Below are positions 11,235 through 22,181 of a stretch of DNA of 64,000 bases, one piece after another. Numbering within the stretch: position 1 is the stretch's first letter; the number at the start of each line of letters is the position of its first letter. Both the position numbers and the translations under genes were made by a program. The notes beneath the pieces were generated by a model. The model had not been told where the DNA came from and searched no databases. It was given only the letters and a program-made list of their open reading frames with translations. The stretch is from an uncultured candidatus Porisulfidus sp. (GTDB taxonomy: Bacteria > Pseudomonadota > Gammaproteobacteria > Poriferisulfidales > Poriferisulfidaceae), in the NCBI GenBank assembly GCA_965199755.1, contig CBDASZ010000001.1, forward strand, positions 320,001 through 384,000, given 5' to 3'.

Positions 11235-11263
11235 AAAAAACAGGCGCCCCGAAGGGCGCCTGT
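11235..11263 (-). terminator. Rho-independent terminator of porin cassette B (identical to that of A)
   Basis: Reverse complement of the same ACAGGCGCCC-TTCG-GGGCGCCTGT hairpin plus T run. Confidence 0.92.
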
Positions 11264-11292
11264 CTTGTTAAGCCGGTTATTGATTGATGCAA

Positions 11293-12727
11293 TCAATCGA
11301 ACCAGTGCACGATGCCGAGAGCAAACATCTCAACCTTTAACACCTGCAGTACCCAGACCCGTACCGGAAACACCCTGACCGTAGGTTCCGTTTGCGTCGT
11401 TGTCAACTTCGGAATAGGTCAGACGCAGTTCCGTACCCGCCGGCATGGTGTAGAACATGCCTACATTCCACGCATCGGCAGCAGTGTTATCCCAGTCGCC
11501 TGAGCACGCGCTGCAGGAAACCTCCAAATCATCCGCATCCATATAGGAGAAGCGGAAGTCAACCGGACCGCCGAACTTGATCTTGCCGGAAATCATCCAG
11601 GCCTCGCGTTCGACCGTTACATTGCTGCCTGCGGTCGCATGATTGCGACGTGTAGCGTGTTCTCCGTTTTGAGCCGCCATCATATTCTTGAACTCAGTCT
11701 TTTGTTTCGCCATGGGGTTGCCGCAAAGTGCATCATCAGGTAGATCCTTCGGCACCAGACAACCCGTTTTGCCACTTATTGCTATGCGATAGTCGTAACT
11801 GGAACTTGAATCGTCGCTAACGCTGTCATAGCTCATCGAATTGCCATATCCGAAAGCACCCATCGCGGCATCAAAGTTGCTGACTCCATTGAACTCATAC
11901 TCAAGATCTTCGTACATGGCCGAGATCTGAACGCTCATGCCATCACCGAGGTCGGCAATGTAGCGACCGGCAAGACGCCAGCTTTCAGCATCAGAAGAAG
12001 CCATCTCACCGACTGAAGCTGCAGTCCAGTCTTCGTGATCCTGCCACGTGACGGCCATCCACATGCGGGCCATTGGTGTAGGCCAGACTGCTGGAACGAA
12101 TTACTGGGTCGATTTCACCATCACCGACCGGCTGTTTGAAACTTTCGTTTCGTCCCGGATAGCCGGGCGTCCAAGCAAACCGGAACACAAAACCGTTCCA
12201 GTTTGGTGACCAGTACTGAATGATGTTCTCCTGGCGACGGTTGATAACTGCCGCTTGTGCCTCTCGCGAATCCCGGATTGTAGTAGGCTTGACCAGAACC
12301 TGCGCCCACGCCTCCCATGATGCTGGTATGCGAGTCTGCACCGGCATCATAGAACGGGTCAACCCACTGCGCTACGCCTTCGTTGTAGGGCAGCAGCCAG
12401 GTGGCGAACATGAATTCACCCATCTGTGGATGAGCCAAACCGATCTTGGAGTTACGGTTGCACCAGCCGTGTTGCCGCCCGCGAAATCCGTGAAGCGGTT
12501 GTAGAAGGTGAACTGCTCGCACTGCAAGTTGACCTTGATGCCGTTCATGCCGGTGTCCATGCTGGCGGCTGAAGCCGATGTTGCCCAGCATTCGACTGAA
12601 TGCGGTCAAAGCTGCGTCCACCATCAACATCGACAAACTCCCACGAATGGTTTTGCCAGCCGTAGAGGTTGATGGTCTCTGCCTGGGCTGCCAACGGAGC
12701 GACCGCGACCGCCAAAGCAATTAGAAA
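11293..12727 (-). pseudogene. Gram-negative porin cassette B (no start codon; several frameshifts, possibly assembly artefacts)
   Basis: Inverted paralog of cassette A with the same signal peptide fragment and GIVHWFD* end; in-frame TGA 14 codons upstream with no ATG/GTG/TTG in between. Confidence 0.85.
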
Positions 12728-12728
12728 T
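12633..12728 (-). repeat. 96-bp perfect inverted repeat, right copy (partner 9466-9561)
   Basis: Direct base-by-base comparison. Confidence 0.95.
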
Positions 12729-12815
12729 CCGCTTCTACCTGCAACCAGAACCTGCTCAAAACTGGCCCATCATCCCTGTCGCAATTTGACTTTTCGAGAC
12801 TGCAAGAATTGAGAA

Positions 12816-14267
12816 TCAGCGCAGCGCGCGAAAACGCCGCAGGGCCTCATCTCTCCCGGCCGCGAGGTCCAGCACGGGGAAAGGATAGTCTCCTCCCAAA
12901 GTCACTTCGGCCTGCTGCAAAACAGGTGCTGGAGCGCGCCAAGGCTCATGGATATGCCGATCAGGCAGTTTCGCGAGTTCGGGTACCCAAGTGCGCACAT
13001 ACTTGCCTTCGGGGTCGAAGCGACTGCCTTGTCGGACAGGGCTGAACATCCGAAAATAAGGCGCAGCATCCACGCCGCAACCAGCAGTCCACTGCCAGCC
13101 CATGGTGTTGTTGGCCAGATCCGCGTCCAGCAGGGTGTCCCAGAACCAGCGGGCACCTTCCAGCCAATGCACCAGCCCGTTCTTAGTTAGCACTGAAGCC
13201 GTCAGCATGCGAATCCGATTGTGCATCCAGCCGGTGCGCCAGAGTTGCCGCATCCCGGCATCCACCAGTGGAATTCCGGTTTGACCCAGTGTCCATGCTG
13301 AGAAAAGTTCAGGGTTACGCTCCCAACTAAAAGCATTGAATCGCTCGTCGAACGGTTGTTCGGCAGTATGCGGCAGGTGGTACAGGATATTACTAGCGAA
13401 CTCCCGCCAGATTAACTGGCGCAAATAGGCATCCGCTCCATGAGTGACATCTATGGTATCTCTGCTATCGCAAGTCGCTTCCAGCACCTCGTGCCACACC
13501 TGTCGGGCAGACACTTCTCCGAAATGCAAGTGTGGTGACAGACCCGACACACCGTCTTCATAAGGGAGATCGCGTCTGCTGCCGTATTCAGCGATTGCGT
13601 CATCACCAAGGAAATCGCGCAACCTAACCATGGCCGCCTTTTCTCCCGGTTGCCAGTACTCAAGGAATTCGCGATGCCAGTTAAGCGGTGACATCAGACC
13701 CAGTTCCTCCAGAGGAACGGAGCGAACCCCCTGAGGCAATGGTGGGAGGGCATCAGGGCTCGCCGCAGGGCGCGCCTCCGGGCCAGTCAGCAGGTAGCGC
13801 TTGTAGAACGGGGTGAAGACCCGATAAATGCCGCCGTCATCCTTCAGCACAGTCCCCGGTTCACGCAGCAAGGAGCCGGGACAAGTACGCACTTCCGCAC
13901 CCGCGTCGACCAATGCTTTCTCAACAGTCTCATCCCGGGCCCGAATGACAGGTTCATACCGCCGATTCCAGCACACCAGCGCAGCCTTGTTTTCACGCAC
14001 AACTTCCGCCAGCACTTCCTGACTGGATCCCATACGAATCACCAGGCCCGATCCCTTTTCCTGAAGCGTCATGCTCAGAGATGCGAGACTGCGGTGCAAC
14101 CACCATTTTGAGGCGGCTCCAGGCTGCCACGGAGCTTCTTCATCGGGCGCGTGAATGTAGAGAGGAATGACCCGCTCAGCACGATCCAGAGCCTCCAGCA
14201 GCGCCGGGTTGTCAGCGAGTCGAAGGTCGCGACGGAACCAGATAATAGCCGTGTGATACCTAGACAA
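12816..14267 (-). CDS. phrB: Deoxyribodipyrimidine photolyase (class I CPD)
   Basis: WFRRDLRLADNPAL, SGLSPHLHFGEVS, WREF, GWMHNRIRM, DADLANN..GWQW; TTG start with GAGGAG RBS. Confidence 0.95.
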   Translation of the reverse strand: MSRYHTAIIWFRRDLRLADNPALLEALDRAERVIPLYIHAPDEEAPWQPGAASKWWLHRSLASLSMTLQEKGSGLVIRMGSSQEVLAEVVRENKAALVCWNRRYEPVIRARDETVEKALVDAGAEVRTCPGSLLREPGTVLKDDGGIYRVFTPFYKRYLLTGPEARPAASPDALPPLPQGVRSVPLEELGLMSPLNWHREFLEYWQPGEKAAMVRLRDFLGDDAIAEYGSRRDLPYEDGVSGLSPHLHFGEVSARQVWHEVLEATCDSRDTIDVTHGADAYLRQLIWREFASNILYHLPHTAEQPFDERFNAFSWERNPELFSAWTLGQTGIPLVDAGMRQLWRTGWMHNRIRMLTASVLTKNGLVHWLEGARWFWDTLLDADLANNTMGWQWTAGCGVDAAPYFRMFSPVRQGSRFDPEGKYVRTWVPELAKLPDRHIHEPWRAPAPVLQQAEVTLGGDYPFPVLDLAAGRDEALRRFRALR

Positions 14268-14579
14268 ACCCGCTCCTCAATGGCATGGCTGTGGATTATT
14301 TCGAGTCGATTTCCCCAATAATTAAGGGATACGCCTGTATGGCGCGCACTCCCGTCTCATTGTTGCTTAACGCCGAATACATATCAGAAACGCCAGGAAA
14401 TTCTCTCCCCAATATCCAGATTATTGCTGCCAGTTGCATGTATTTCTGTGCGATCAATCGGTGTCTCATTACAGAATGAGACACGGCTATTCCAGCGTAC
14501 CCGTGGTTGTATGTAGGATAATGACACCCGGGTTTCGCGCCGTTTGCCGATTTCCTCCCTAATACCCTCACTGAACACC

Positions 14580-15443
14580 ATGAAGAACCTGCTGATCTAC
14601 CTCGATACGGACGCGCAGCCGTCCGCGTTTGATCAGGTTGTCGCCCATGACGCCGGCGCCGACGCGGTGTTGGCTTATGGCTCAGTGACCCCGGAAAACT
14701 GCTTCCCTCTGGTCGAAGGCGCGATCTACACCCGTGCGCCCAAACACAAGCACCATACCGCTATTCTGGTCGGCGGCAGCAATCTGGACCACGCGCAAGC
14801 CGTGGAGGATGCCGTGCGCGGTCAGTTTTTTGCTGACTTTCGCGTGTCGGTCGGACTTGACGCCAATGGGTGCAATACCACCGCGGCGGCCGCCGTCGCC
14901 ACGCTGGGAGGGGCGCATCCGCTCAAGGGATCCCGCGTGGTGGTGCTGGCGGGCACCGGTCCGGTGGGACAACGCGCAGCGCTACTGTTCGCCCAAGCCG
15001 GAGCCAAGGTGTACTTAAGCTCACGCAAACTGGAGCGGGCCGAACAGGCGTGTGACGCCATCGAGCACCGTTTTGGGGCTTCCGTGTTTCCGGTTGCGGC
15101 GTCAACTGCCGACAGCACAGCCGATGCCATTGAAGGCGCGGCGGTGGTTTTGGCAACCGGTCAGACGGGCGTACAACTCTTGCCCGGAACCGTTCGTGTG
15201 AACAGTTCCGCGTTGCGCGTGGTTGGAGACGCCGGCACCTGTCCGCCTCTGGGAGTGGAAGGGCTGCAACTCCAAGACAAGGGGCGAGAGGATGAAGGGG
15301 TGTTGCTGTATGGCGGACTCACCATCGGTGCGCTCAAACTGCACACGCAACGTGAAATGATCGCGCGACTATTCGCACGCAATGATCAGTTCTGGGACGC
15401 CCCGGAAATCTTCGCGCTCGCCCAAACTCTATACAACGCCTAG
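14580..15443 (+). CDS. mtdA: NAD(P)-dependent methylene-H4MPT/H4F dehydrogenase (MtdA-like)
   Basis: DTDAQPSAFDQVVAHDAGAD, GAIYTR, FRVSVGLDANGCNTTAAAAV, AGTGPVG match the MtdA family. Confidence 0.88.
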   Translation: MKNLLIYLDTDAQPSAFDQVVAHDAGADAVLAYGSVTPENCFPLVEGAIYTRAPKHKHHTAILVGGSNLDHAQAVEDAVRGQFFADFRVSVGLDANGCNTTAAAAVATLGGAHPLKGSRVVVLAGTGPVGQRAALLFAQAGAKVYLSSRKLERAEQACDAIEHRFGASVFPVAASTADSTADAIEGAAVVLATGQTGVQLLPGTVRVNSSALRVVGDAGTCPPLGVEGLQLQDKGREDEGVLLYGGLTIGALKLHTQREMIARLFARNDQFWDAPEIFALAQTLYNA

Positions 15444-15484
15444 TACGAGCTGGCTCCATCCGGCGCCCTGCATTCCTGTCGGGC

Positions 15485-16153
15485 TCACAGGCGTTCGCGC
15501 AGGGCTAACTCCGCGTCAATGTTCTCAATGCGCGTCTGCAATTCCGCCATGCGATAACTTTCCGTCAACGCATCGCGCGCCTGCTCGACCACCGCGTAAT
15601 GCTGCTGCAGCGCCAGTGTGTATTGGCCCAACAGCGTATCCGGGTCTTTCTGGTCTTGCTGCATGCGGTCCCGAATGTCCTCGTTTTCGCGCAGCGTGTT
15701 CATCACCACCACATAACTGACACCCAGCCGAAAATCGTACGGTTTGTAACTTTGCAAGGTGGTGATATTCGGGCGCAACTCTTCGATGATTCCAGACAGG
15801 GTCGCACGAAAGTTCATCATGTCTTCCGCCAGTTCCGCATCGATCTCGTACAGATCAATGAATTGCGGGATCAACTCCAAAATCCGTACGCGCTCTTCAT
15901 CGTACTCCAGCAATGCCTGCAGCAACTGCGCTTCCATTTTTTCCGGCGGAGCCGGATTTTCGTCCGGCACCTGACCGGCATACACCGCCCGGTGCTGTTT
16001 CAGTTCCGTGGTGTTCAGTTCCTTCAGCGATCCCATCGACGGGAGCTGAGGCACATCAATCATCGGATGCACCGGTTCGCTCTCCGCAAGTAGCGGTGTT
16101 CCGTAAACTGCCAGCACTGCACTCAGCAAGGCGGCAGACACATGGGGTCGCAT
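15485..16153 (-). CDS. Hypothetical exported alpha-helical protein (222 aa)
   Basis: Signal-peptide-like MRPHVSAALLSAVLAVYGTPLLA; E/L/Q-rich helical body. Confidence 0.7.
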   Translation of the reverse strand: MRPHVSAALLSAVLAVYGTPLLAESEPVHPMIDVPQLPSMGSLKELNTTELKQHRAVYAGQVPDENPAPPEKMEAQLLQALLEYDEERVRILELIPQFIDLYEIDAELAEDMMNFRATLSGIIEELRPNITTLQSYKPYDFRLGVSYVVVMNTLRENEDIRDRMQQDQKDPDTLLGQYTLALQQHYAVVEQARDALTESYRMAELQTRIENIDAELALRERL

Positions 16154-16453
16154 GATTTGGGTACCGGAAAAATATGCAGGCAGTATACCGGAATCCGCCA
16201 TCCCTCCACAACGAGCCTCCCGCCGCATCCTGCATTCCCGACAGTCGACCGCTCTCGCAGCAATCCACCCCAAATACCCCGACACAAAAAATTCCCCATA
16301 TATTTCAAAATGCAAGACACTCATTCTGCGCAATTTCCAGCCGCCTCCACACGCCTCACAAACCGTCGCACTTGCAATATGCCAAGCGAACAGGAACAAT
16401 AAGCACCTGAATCCCGCGTGTTCGCCCGCGACTCTGTCTCGAAACCACGGCCG

Positions 16454-18457
16454 ATGCCCACCCAGCGAATGCTAGCCAACGCCATCCGGGCGTTGAGCAT
16501 GGATGCCGTGGAACAGGCCGCATCAGGCCATCCGGGCATGCCTATGGGTATGGCGGACATCGCCGAGGTGCTGTGGCGTCGCCATCTGCGGCACAACCCC
16601 AACGATCCCAGCTGGCCCAACCGCGACCGCTTCGTGGTCTCCAACGGCCACGGCTCCATGCTGCTCTACAGCGCGCTGTATTTGAGCGGCTACCCGCTGT
16701 CGCTGGACGATCTTCGCGCCTTCCGCCAACTTCACTCAAAGACTCCGGGACACCCGGAACGGGACCCGGAGATCGGCATTGAGACCACCACCGGCCCGCT
16801 CGGCCAAGGCCTGGCCAACGCCGTCGGCATGGCGCTCGCCGAGAAGTTGCTCGCGCAGCGCTACAACCGCCCCGACTACCCGGTTATTGATCATCACACC
16901 TACGTGTTCGCAGGCGACGGCTGCCTGATGGAAGGCGTTTCGCACGAAGCCTGCAGTCTGGCCGGAACGTTGGAACTCGGCAAACTCATCGTGTTCTATG
17001 ACGACAACGGCATTTCCATTGACGGCTCCACGCAAGGATGGTTCACGGACGACACCCCCGGGCGTTTTCGCGCGTATGGCTGGCAGGTGCTGCCGGAAGT
17101 CGACGGACACGATGCTGAGGCGGTGGACGCTGCGATTGAGACCGCCAAAGCGGATTCGCGGCCGTCACTGATTTGCTGTCGCACAGTGATCGGTTACGGT
17201 GCGCCCAACAAGCAAGGCACTGCGGACACGCATGGTGCTCCACTAGGCGCAGACGAGATCCAGCAAGCCCGTGAAGCGCTTCAATGGCCGCATCCGCCGT
17301 TTGAAATTCCCCAGGACATCCTTGATGCCTGGGACGCCCGCACACGCGGTGCACAACGCGCCGAACAATGGCAGGATCTCATGGAAGCCTACGCCGCGGA
17401 CCATCCGCAGGATGCGCAGGAGTTGATGCGGCGCCTCAACGGACGATTGCCCGAGGCGTTCTCACGCGCCGTTGACAAACATATTCAAAGCCAGTTGAAA
17501 GAACCGGCGCGTGCCGCCACCCGCAAGCACTCTGGCAATACGCTTGACGCGATTGCCGAAAGTCTGCCGGAACTGCTTGGCGGATCCGCGGATCTGACCG
17601 GCTCCAACAACACGCAGCCGAAAGGCTCCAGCACCATCACCGCGCAAGAACCTGGCAACTACCTGTACTACGGCGTGCGGGAGTTCGGCATGGGCGCGAT
17701 CATGAACGGACTGGCTTTGCACGGCGGTGTGATTCCGTACGGCGGCACCTTTCTGACTTTTTCAGACTACGCGCGCAATGCTGTTCGTATGGCGGCTTTG
17801 ATGCGGCTGCATGTGATCTTTGTGCTCACCCACGATTCCGTCGGTCTGGGCGAGGATGGCCCGACCCACCAGCCGATTGAACATCTCGACAGCCTGCGGC
17901 TGATCCCCGATCTCGAAGTGTGGCGTCCCGCCGACGCGATCGAAGCCGCGGTTGCCTGGAAATGCGCGTTGCAGAACCAGCAACAGCCCAGCGCCATGGT
18001 GCTGTCTCGCCAGACCGTGGAGGTGCTGCAGCACAGCACGCAAACAGTCGCGTTGATCGCACGAGGTGGTTATGTGTTGCAAGACTGCGACGGGACACCG
18101 GATCTCATCCTGATGTCCACCGGCTCGGAACTGGGTCTTGCGGTACAGTGTGCGCAAGCCTTGGCCGATCACAACGTGCGCGTGGTGTCCGTCCCGTGCA
18201 TGGAGCGTTTCGCCCGGCAGGAACTCGCCTATATCGAAGAGGTGCTGCCCCCTGAAGTTCGCATACGGATCGCGGTGGAGGCCGGCACCGGGGTGTGCTG
18301 GCAACGCTGGCTTGGTGAGCAGGGACGCCTTTTGGGCATTACAGAATTTGGCCATTCCGCGCCAGGGGCGTGTGTAATGGAACACTTTGGCATGACTGCA
18401 GATAACCTAACTCGAATGGCCCGCGAACTACTGGGCCGGGAGCAAGCACACACATGA
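16454..18457 (+). CDS. tkt: Transketolase
   Basis: [47 protein letters not shown]. Confidence 0.98.
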   Translation: MPTQRMLANAIRALSMDAVEQAASGHPGMPMGMADIAEVLWRRHLRHNPNDPSWPNRDRFVVSNGHGSMLLYSALYLSGYPLSLDDLRAFRQLHSKTPGHPERDPEIGIETTTGPLGQGLANAVGMALAEKLLAQRYNRPDYPVIDHHTYVFAGDGCLMEGVSHEACSLAGTLELGKLIVFYDDNGISIDGSTQGWFTDDTPGRFRAYGWQVLPEVDGHDAEAVDAAIETAKADSRPSLICCRTVIGYGAPNKQGTADTHGAPLGADEIQQAREALQWPHPPFEIPQDILDAWDARTRGAQRAEQWQDLMEAYAADHPQDAQELMRRLNGRLPEAFSRAVDKHIQSQLKEPARAATRKHSGNTLDAIAESLPELLGGSADLTGSNNTQPKGSSTITAQEPGNYLYYGVREFGMGAIMNGLALHGGVIPYGGTFLTFSDYARNAVRMAALMRLHVIFVLTHDSVGLGEDGPTHQPIEHLDSLRLIPDLEVWRPADAIEAAVAWKCALQNQQQPSAMVLSRQTVEVLQHSTQTVALIARGGYVLQDCDGTPDLILMSTGSELGLAVQCAQALADHNVRVVSVPCMERFARQELAYIEEVLPPEVRIRIAVEAGTGVCWQRWLGEQGRLLGITEFGHSAPGACVMEHFGMTADNLTRMARELLGREQAHT

Positions 18458-19470
18458 GTATCCGCATTGGGATCAACGGCTATGGCCGCATTGGACGCAA
18501 CATTCTTCGCGCCCTGTACGAATCAGACCGCGAGGACGAAATGCGTATCGTCGCCATCAACGACATCGGTGACCTCACGGCCAGCGCGCATCTGACCCGC
18601 TACGACTCGGCACACGGCTCGTTCAACCGCGAGGTACGTACGCAAGAAGACGCGCTGCTGATCGGTGACGACCGCATTCGCTTCACCGCCTGCCGCAATC
18701 CCGCCGACATTCCGTGGCGGGAGTCCGAAGTGGACGTGGTAATCGAATCCACCGGATTGTTCGCCTCGAGCGACAAGGCGCAGGCCCACGTGGACGCCGG
18801 CGCTCCGCGCGTGCTGATTTCAGCGCCTGCCGGCAACGAGGTTGATGCGACCGTCGTCTACGGTGTCAATCACCAGCAACTAAACGCGCAGCACACCATC
18901 ATCTCGAATGCCTCCTGCACCACTAACTGTCTGGCACCGTTAGCCAAGGTGCTGATGGAGGCCGTCGGCATTGAATCCGGCATTATGACCACCATTCACT
19001 CTTACACCAACGATCAAGTGCTGACCGATGTCGCCCACAGCGATCTGCGTCGTGCCCGCTCGGCCACGCAGTCGATGATCCCCACTGCGACTGGCGCGGC
19101 CCGCGCGGTCGGACTGGTGCTGCCGGAGTTGGCCGGACGCCTCGACGGCTTCGCCATTCGGGTGCCGACCATCAATGTCTCGGTCGTGGATTTGAGTTTC
19201 GTGGCGGGTCGCGAGACCAGCGCCGAAGAAGTCAACGCGGCCGTGCGTGCCGCGGCCGAAGGCCCGCTGGCCGGCGTACTGGCGTACAGCGAAGACCCTC
19301 TGGTCTCGATTGATTTCAACCACAACCCCGCATCCTCCTCACTGGACGCCTCGCTGACCAAAGTGCTGCCAGGCAATCTGGTTAAAGTGCTGTCGTGGTA
19401 CGACAACGAATGGGGCTTCTCCAACCGGATGCTGGATGTCATTGCCGCGTGGCTAAATGCCGACACATGA
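18454..19470 (+). CDS. gap: Type I glyceraldehyde-3-phosphate dehydrogenase
   Basis: [31 protein letters not shown]. Confidence 0.93.
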   Translation: MSIRIGINGYGRIGRNILRALYESDREDEMRIVAINDIGDLTASAHLTRYDSAHGSFNREVRTQEDALLIGDDRIRFTACRNPADIPWRESEVDVVIESTGLFASSDKAQAHVDAGAPRVLISAPAGNEVDATVVYGVNHQQLNAQHTIISNASCTTNCLAPLAKVLMEAVGIESGIMTTIHSYTNDQVLTDVAHSDLRRARSATQSMIPTATGAARAVGLVLPELAGRLDGFAIRVPTINVSVVDLSFVAGRETSAEEVNAAVRAAAEGPLAGVLAYSEDPLVSIDFNHNPASSSLDASLTKVLPGNLVKVLSWYDNEWGFSNRMLDVIAAWLNADT

Positions 19471-20639
19471 GCCATCTCCCCGGCCTTCCGCATCGCTTGC
19501 CTCAAGGCTGCAGGGTCTTGTTGCGTGCCGATCTGAATGTGCCAATCAAAGACGGTCGCGTCACCGCCATGGAGCGTATCCGCGCCAGCGCCCATACGAT
19601 TGAGCGACTGGCGGATAAAGGCTGCCGGGTGCTGGTCATGTCGCATCTGGGCCGTCCCAAAGCAGGGCACCATGATGCGTCCGCTTCACTGGAGCCGGTC
19701 GCTCAGGCGCTCTCAAAGCAATTGAAGCGCGAAGTGCATTTCGCGCGTGACTGGATCAATGGCGTGCCGCTGCATGAAGGCGAGATCTGCCTGCTGGAAA
19801 ATGTCCGCTTCCTTCAGGGGGAAGTCGACAACAGTGATACGCTTGGCCAACGCATGGCGGCCCTGTGCGATGTGTTTGTCATGGATGCCTTCGGCAGTGC
19901 CCATCGCGCTCACGCCTCCACCCACGCGGTCGCCCGCCATGCCCCCAGAGTTTGCGCGGGCCCACTCCTGGTTCGCGAACTGCATATGTTGGAGAAGGCC
20001 CTTGAGGACCCGAAGACCCCGGTGCTGTCGATCATCGGCGGTGCCAAGGTGTCTTCCAAACTCGGTGTGCTGGTACATTTGGCGGAAATTTCCGACGCGA
20101 TGATCGTCGGGGGTGGCATCGCCAATACCTTTATGGCGGCGGCAGGACTGCCGATCGGTGACTCGCTGTTCGAACCCGCGCAACTGGAACTCGCCCGCGA
20201 ACTGGAGCACCCGACCGCCGAACATTATGCCCGCGTGCAAGTGCCCCGTGATGTGGTGTGTCTGTGCCCCAAGAGTTCCCAACCTGTGGTACGCGATGCG
20301 CATGATGTGCAGGGCGATGAGAAAATCATGGACGTCGGCCCCAAAACATGCGAGGACTACGCCAGACTGGTGAAGCAGGCACGCACCGTGATCTGGAACG
20401 GACCGCTTGGCGTGTTTGAGGACGAACGCTTTGCGATGGGGACTTTTTCTCTGGGACGGGCGATCGCGGCGAACGAGGGCGCCTTTACGATCGGCGGCGG
20501 CGGTGATACGCTTGCGGCCGTGTCGCAACTACGCATCAAGAGCCGCCTGTCCTATCTCTCCACCGGCGGCGGGGCCTTTCTCGAATATGTGTCGGGACGC
20601 CCACTGCCTGCAGTGGAAGCCCTGCAGGAGGAGGCCTGA
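19467..20639 (+). CDS. pgk: Phosphoglycerate kinase
   Basis: [46 protein letters not shown]. Confidence 0.97.
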   Translation: MSHLPGLPHRLPQGCRVLLRADLNVPIKDGRVTAMERIRASAHTIERLADKGCRVLVMSHLGRPKAGHHDASASLEPVAQALSKQLKREVHFARDWINGVPLHEGEICLLENVRFLQGEVDNSDTLGQRMAALCDVFVMDAFGSAHRAHASTHAVARHAPRVCAGPLLVRELHMLEKALEDPKTPVLSIIGGAKVSSKLGVLVHLAEISDAMIVGGGIANTFMAAAGLPIGDSLFEPAQLELARELEHPTAEHYARVQVPRDVVCLCPKSSQPVVRDAHDVQGDEKIMDVGPKTCEDYARLVKQARTVIWNGPLGVFEDERFAMGTFSLGRAIAANEGAFTIGGGGDTLAAVSQLRIKSRLSYLSTGGGAFLEYVSGRPLPAVEALQEEA

Positions 20640-22123
20640 TGACTGCGCCCACTTCCGCTCTGCGTCACCGACGCACCAAGATCATCGCCACGCTCGGCCC
20701 GGCGACGGATGAGCCGGGTGTGCTGCAGCAATTGATCGACGCCGGCGTCGATGTGGTGCGGCTGAACTTCTCGCATGGCACTGCCGACGAACACCGCGAA
20801 CGCGCCGAACGCATCCGCGAGATGACCGAGCCGGACTACCATCTGGCCATCCTTGGCGATCTGCAAGGCCCCAAGATCCGCATCACGTCATTTCGCGACG
20901 GCCCGGTCACCTTGCAGCCCGGCGATGAGATCACGCTGGACCCGGATTGCGATCCGCAAGACGGCACCGCTGAGCGGGTCGGACTGACGTATCCCAATCT
21001 CGCCGAAGACGTCGCCCTTGAAGATGACCTGCTGCTGGATGATGGTCGATTGGTGCTGCGCGTGCGGGGTCTGGATGGTGAGAAGATTGTCTGTGAGACG
21101 ATCACTGGCGGTCTGCTGCACAACTCCAAGGGACTCAACCGGGCCGGCGGCGGGCTGTCCGCGCCTTCAATCTCCTCCAAGGACCAGCAGGACATCAAGC
21201 TGGCAGCGGAGATCGGGGTGGATTATCTGGCCGTGTCGTACCCGCGCAGCGGCGGCGACATCTACTACGCCCGCGAACTGCTGCGCGAAGCCGGAGTCAA
21301 CGCGCATATGATCGCCAAGATTGAACGGGCTGAAGCGGTGCGCAATCTTGACGAAATTCTGGAAGCCTCCGACGCGATCATGGTCGCGCGTGGAGATCTG
21401 GGCGTGGAAGTGGGAGACCCGGAACTGCCCGCCATTCAGAAACGTCTGATCCGCGAGGCATGGAAGCGCAACCGCGTGGCGATCACCGCTACGCAAATGA
21501 TGGAGTCCATGATCACCAGCACTGTGCCGACCCGCGCGGAAGTGTTCGATGTCGCGAATGCGGTGCTCGACGGCACCGATGCCGTCATGCTGTCGGCGGA
21601 AACCGCCATTGGCAGCAATCCGGTAGAAGCCGTACTGGCGATGAGCCGCATTTGTGGGGGTTCGGAAGATAACGCCGCCGGCGATGTCCTCAATCTGACA
21701 GCAGACGAAGATGAAGAAGCGCTGGAGACGGATGAGGCGATCGCGCTGTCAGCGATTTTCGCGGCCAACCATCTGGATGCCACCGCCATCGCCGCACTGA
21801 CTGAATCAGGCTCCACGCCGAGGCAGATGTCCCGATTTCGCTCCTGCATTCCAATCTACGCCGTCTCGCGCAATCTGGAAACTCGACGTCGGGTCAACCT
21901 CTACCGCGGCGTGTATCCGGTCACGCTCAGTTCCATCAGCACCGACCACGCGCAACTCAACCGCGATCTGGTGGATGCGCTGAAGCGCTATCAAGCGGTC
22001 ACGGATGGCGACCGGGTTATCATCACCAAAGGTGATCTGGCCGGCGTGCAAGGTGGCACTAACGCCTTAAAAGTGGTCGAGGTCGGAGCGATGGCGGAAG
22101 CCCAGGGCGGCACCTTCGAATAA
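20639..22123 (+). CDS. pyk: Pyruvate kinase
   Basis: RRTKIIATLGPAT, RLNFSHG, DLQGPKIR, MVARGDLGVE, PTRAEVFDVANA. Confidence 0.97.
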   Translation: MTAPTSALRHRRTKIIATLGPATDEPGVLQQLIDAGVDVVRLNFSHGTADEHRERAERIREMTEPDYHLAILGDLQGPKIRITSFRDGPVTLQPGDEITLDPDCDPQDGTAERVGLTYPNLAEDVALEDDLLLDDGRLVLRVRGLDGEKIVCETITGGLLHNSKGLNRAGGGLSAPSISSKDQQDIKLAAEIGVDYLAVSYPRSGGDIYYARELLREAGVNAHMIAKIERAEAVRNLDEILEASDAIMVARGDLGVEVGDPELPAIQKRLIREAWKRNRVAITATQMMESMITSTVPTRAEVFDVANAVLDGTDAVMLSAETAIGSNPVEAVLAMSRICGGSEDNAAGDVLNLTADEDEEALETDEAIALSAIFAANHLDATAIAALTESGSTPRQMSRFRSCIPIYAVSRNLETRRRVNLYRGVYPVTLSSISTDHAQLNRDLVDALKRYQAVTDGDRVIITKGDLAGVQGGTNALKVVEVGAMAEAQGGTFE

Positions 22124-22181
22124 CCATTAGAATGATTCGCTCATTTCGATTTCCCTATAACTCTCAACTCCTGAATCACTC

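Noticed and set aside
9466-12728. Diversity-generating retroelement as the source of porin variation
   Set aside because: No reverse transcriptase nearby, and the differences are block replacements and synonymous changes rather than adenine-specific substitutions.
12292-12755. 12-bp direct repeat ACCAGAACCTGC at 12292-12303 and 12744-12755
   Set aside because: A single 12-mer match within a few kb can arise by chance; no further structure supports a recombination site.
14285-14571. Short ORFs in the lower-GC gap between phrB and mtdA
   Set aside because: No recognisable motif or convincing RBS; more likely a divergent promoter region or decayed remnant.
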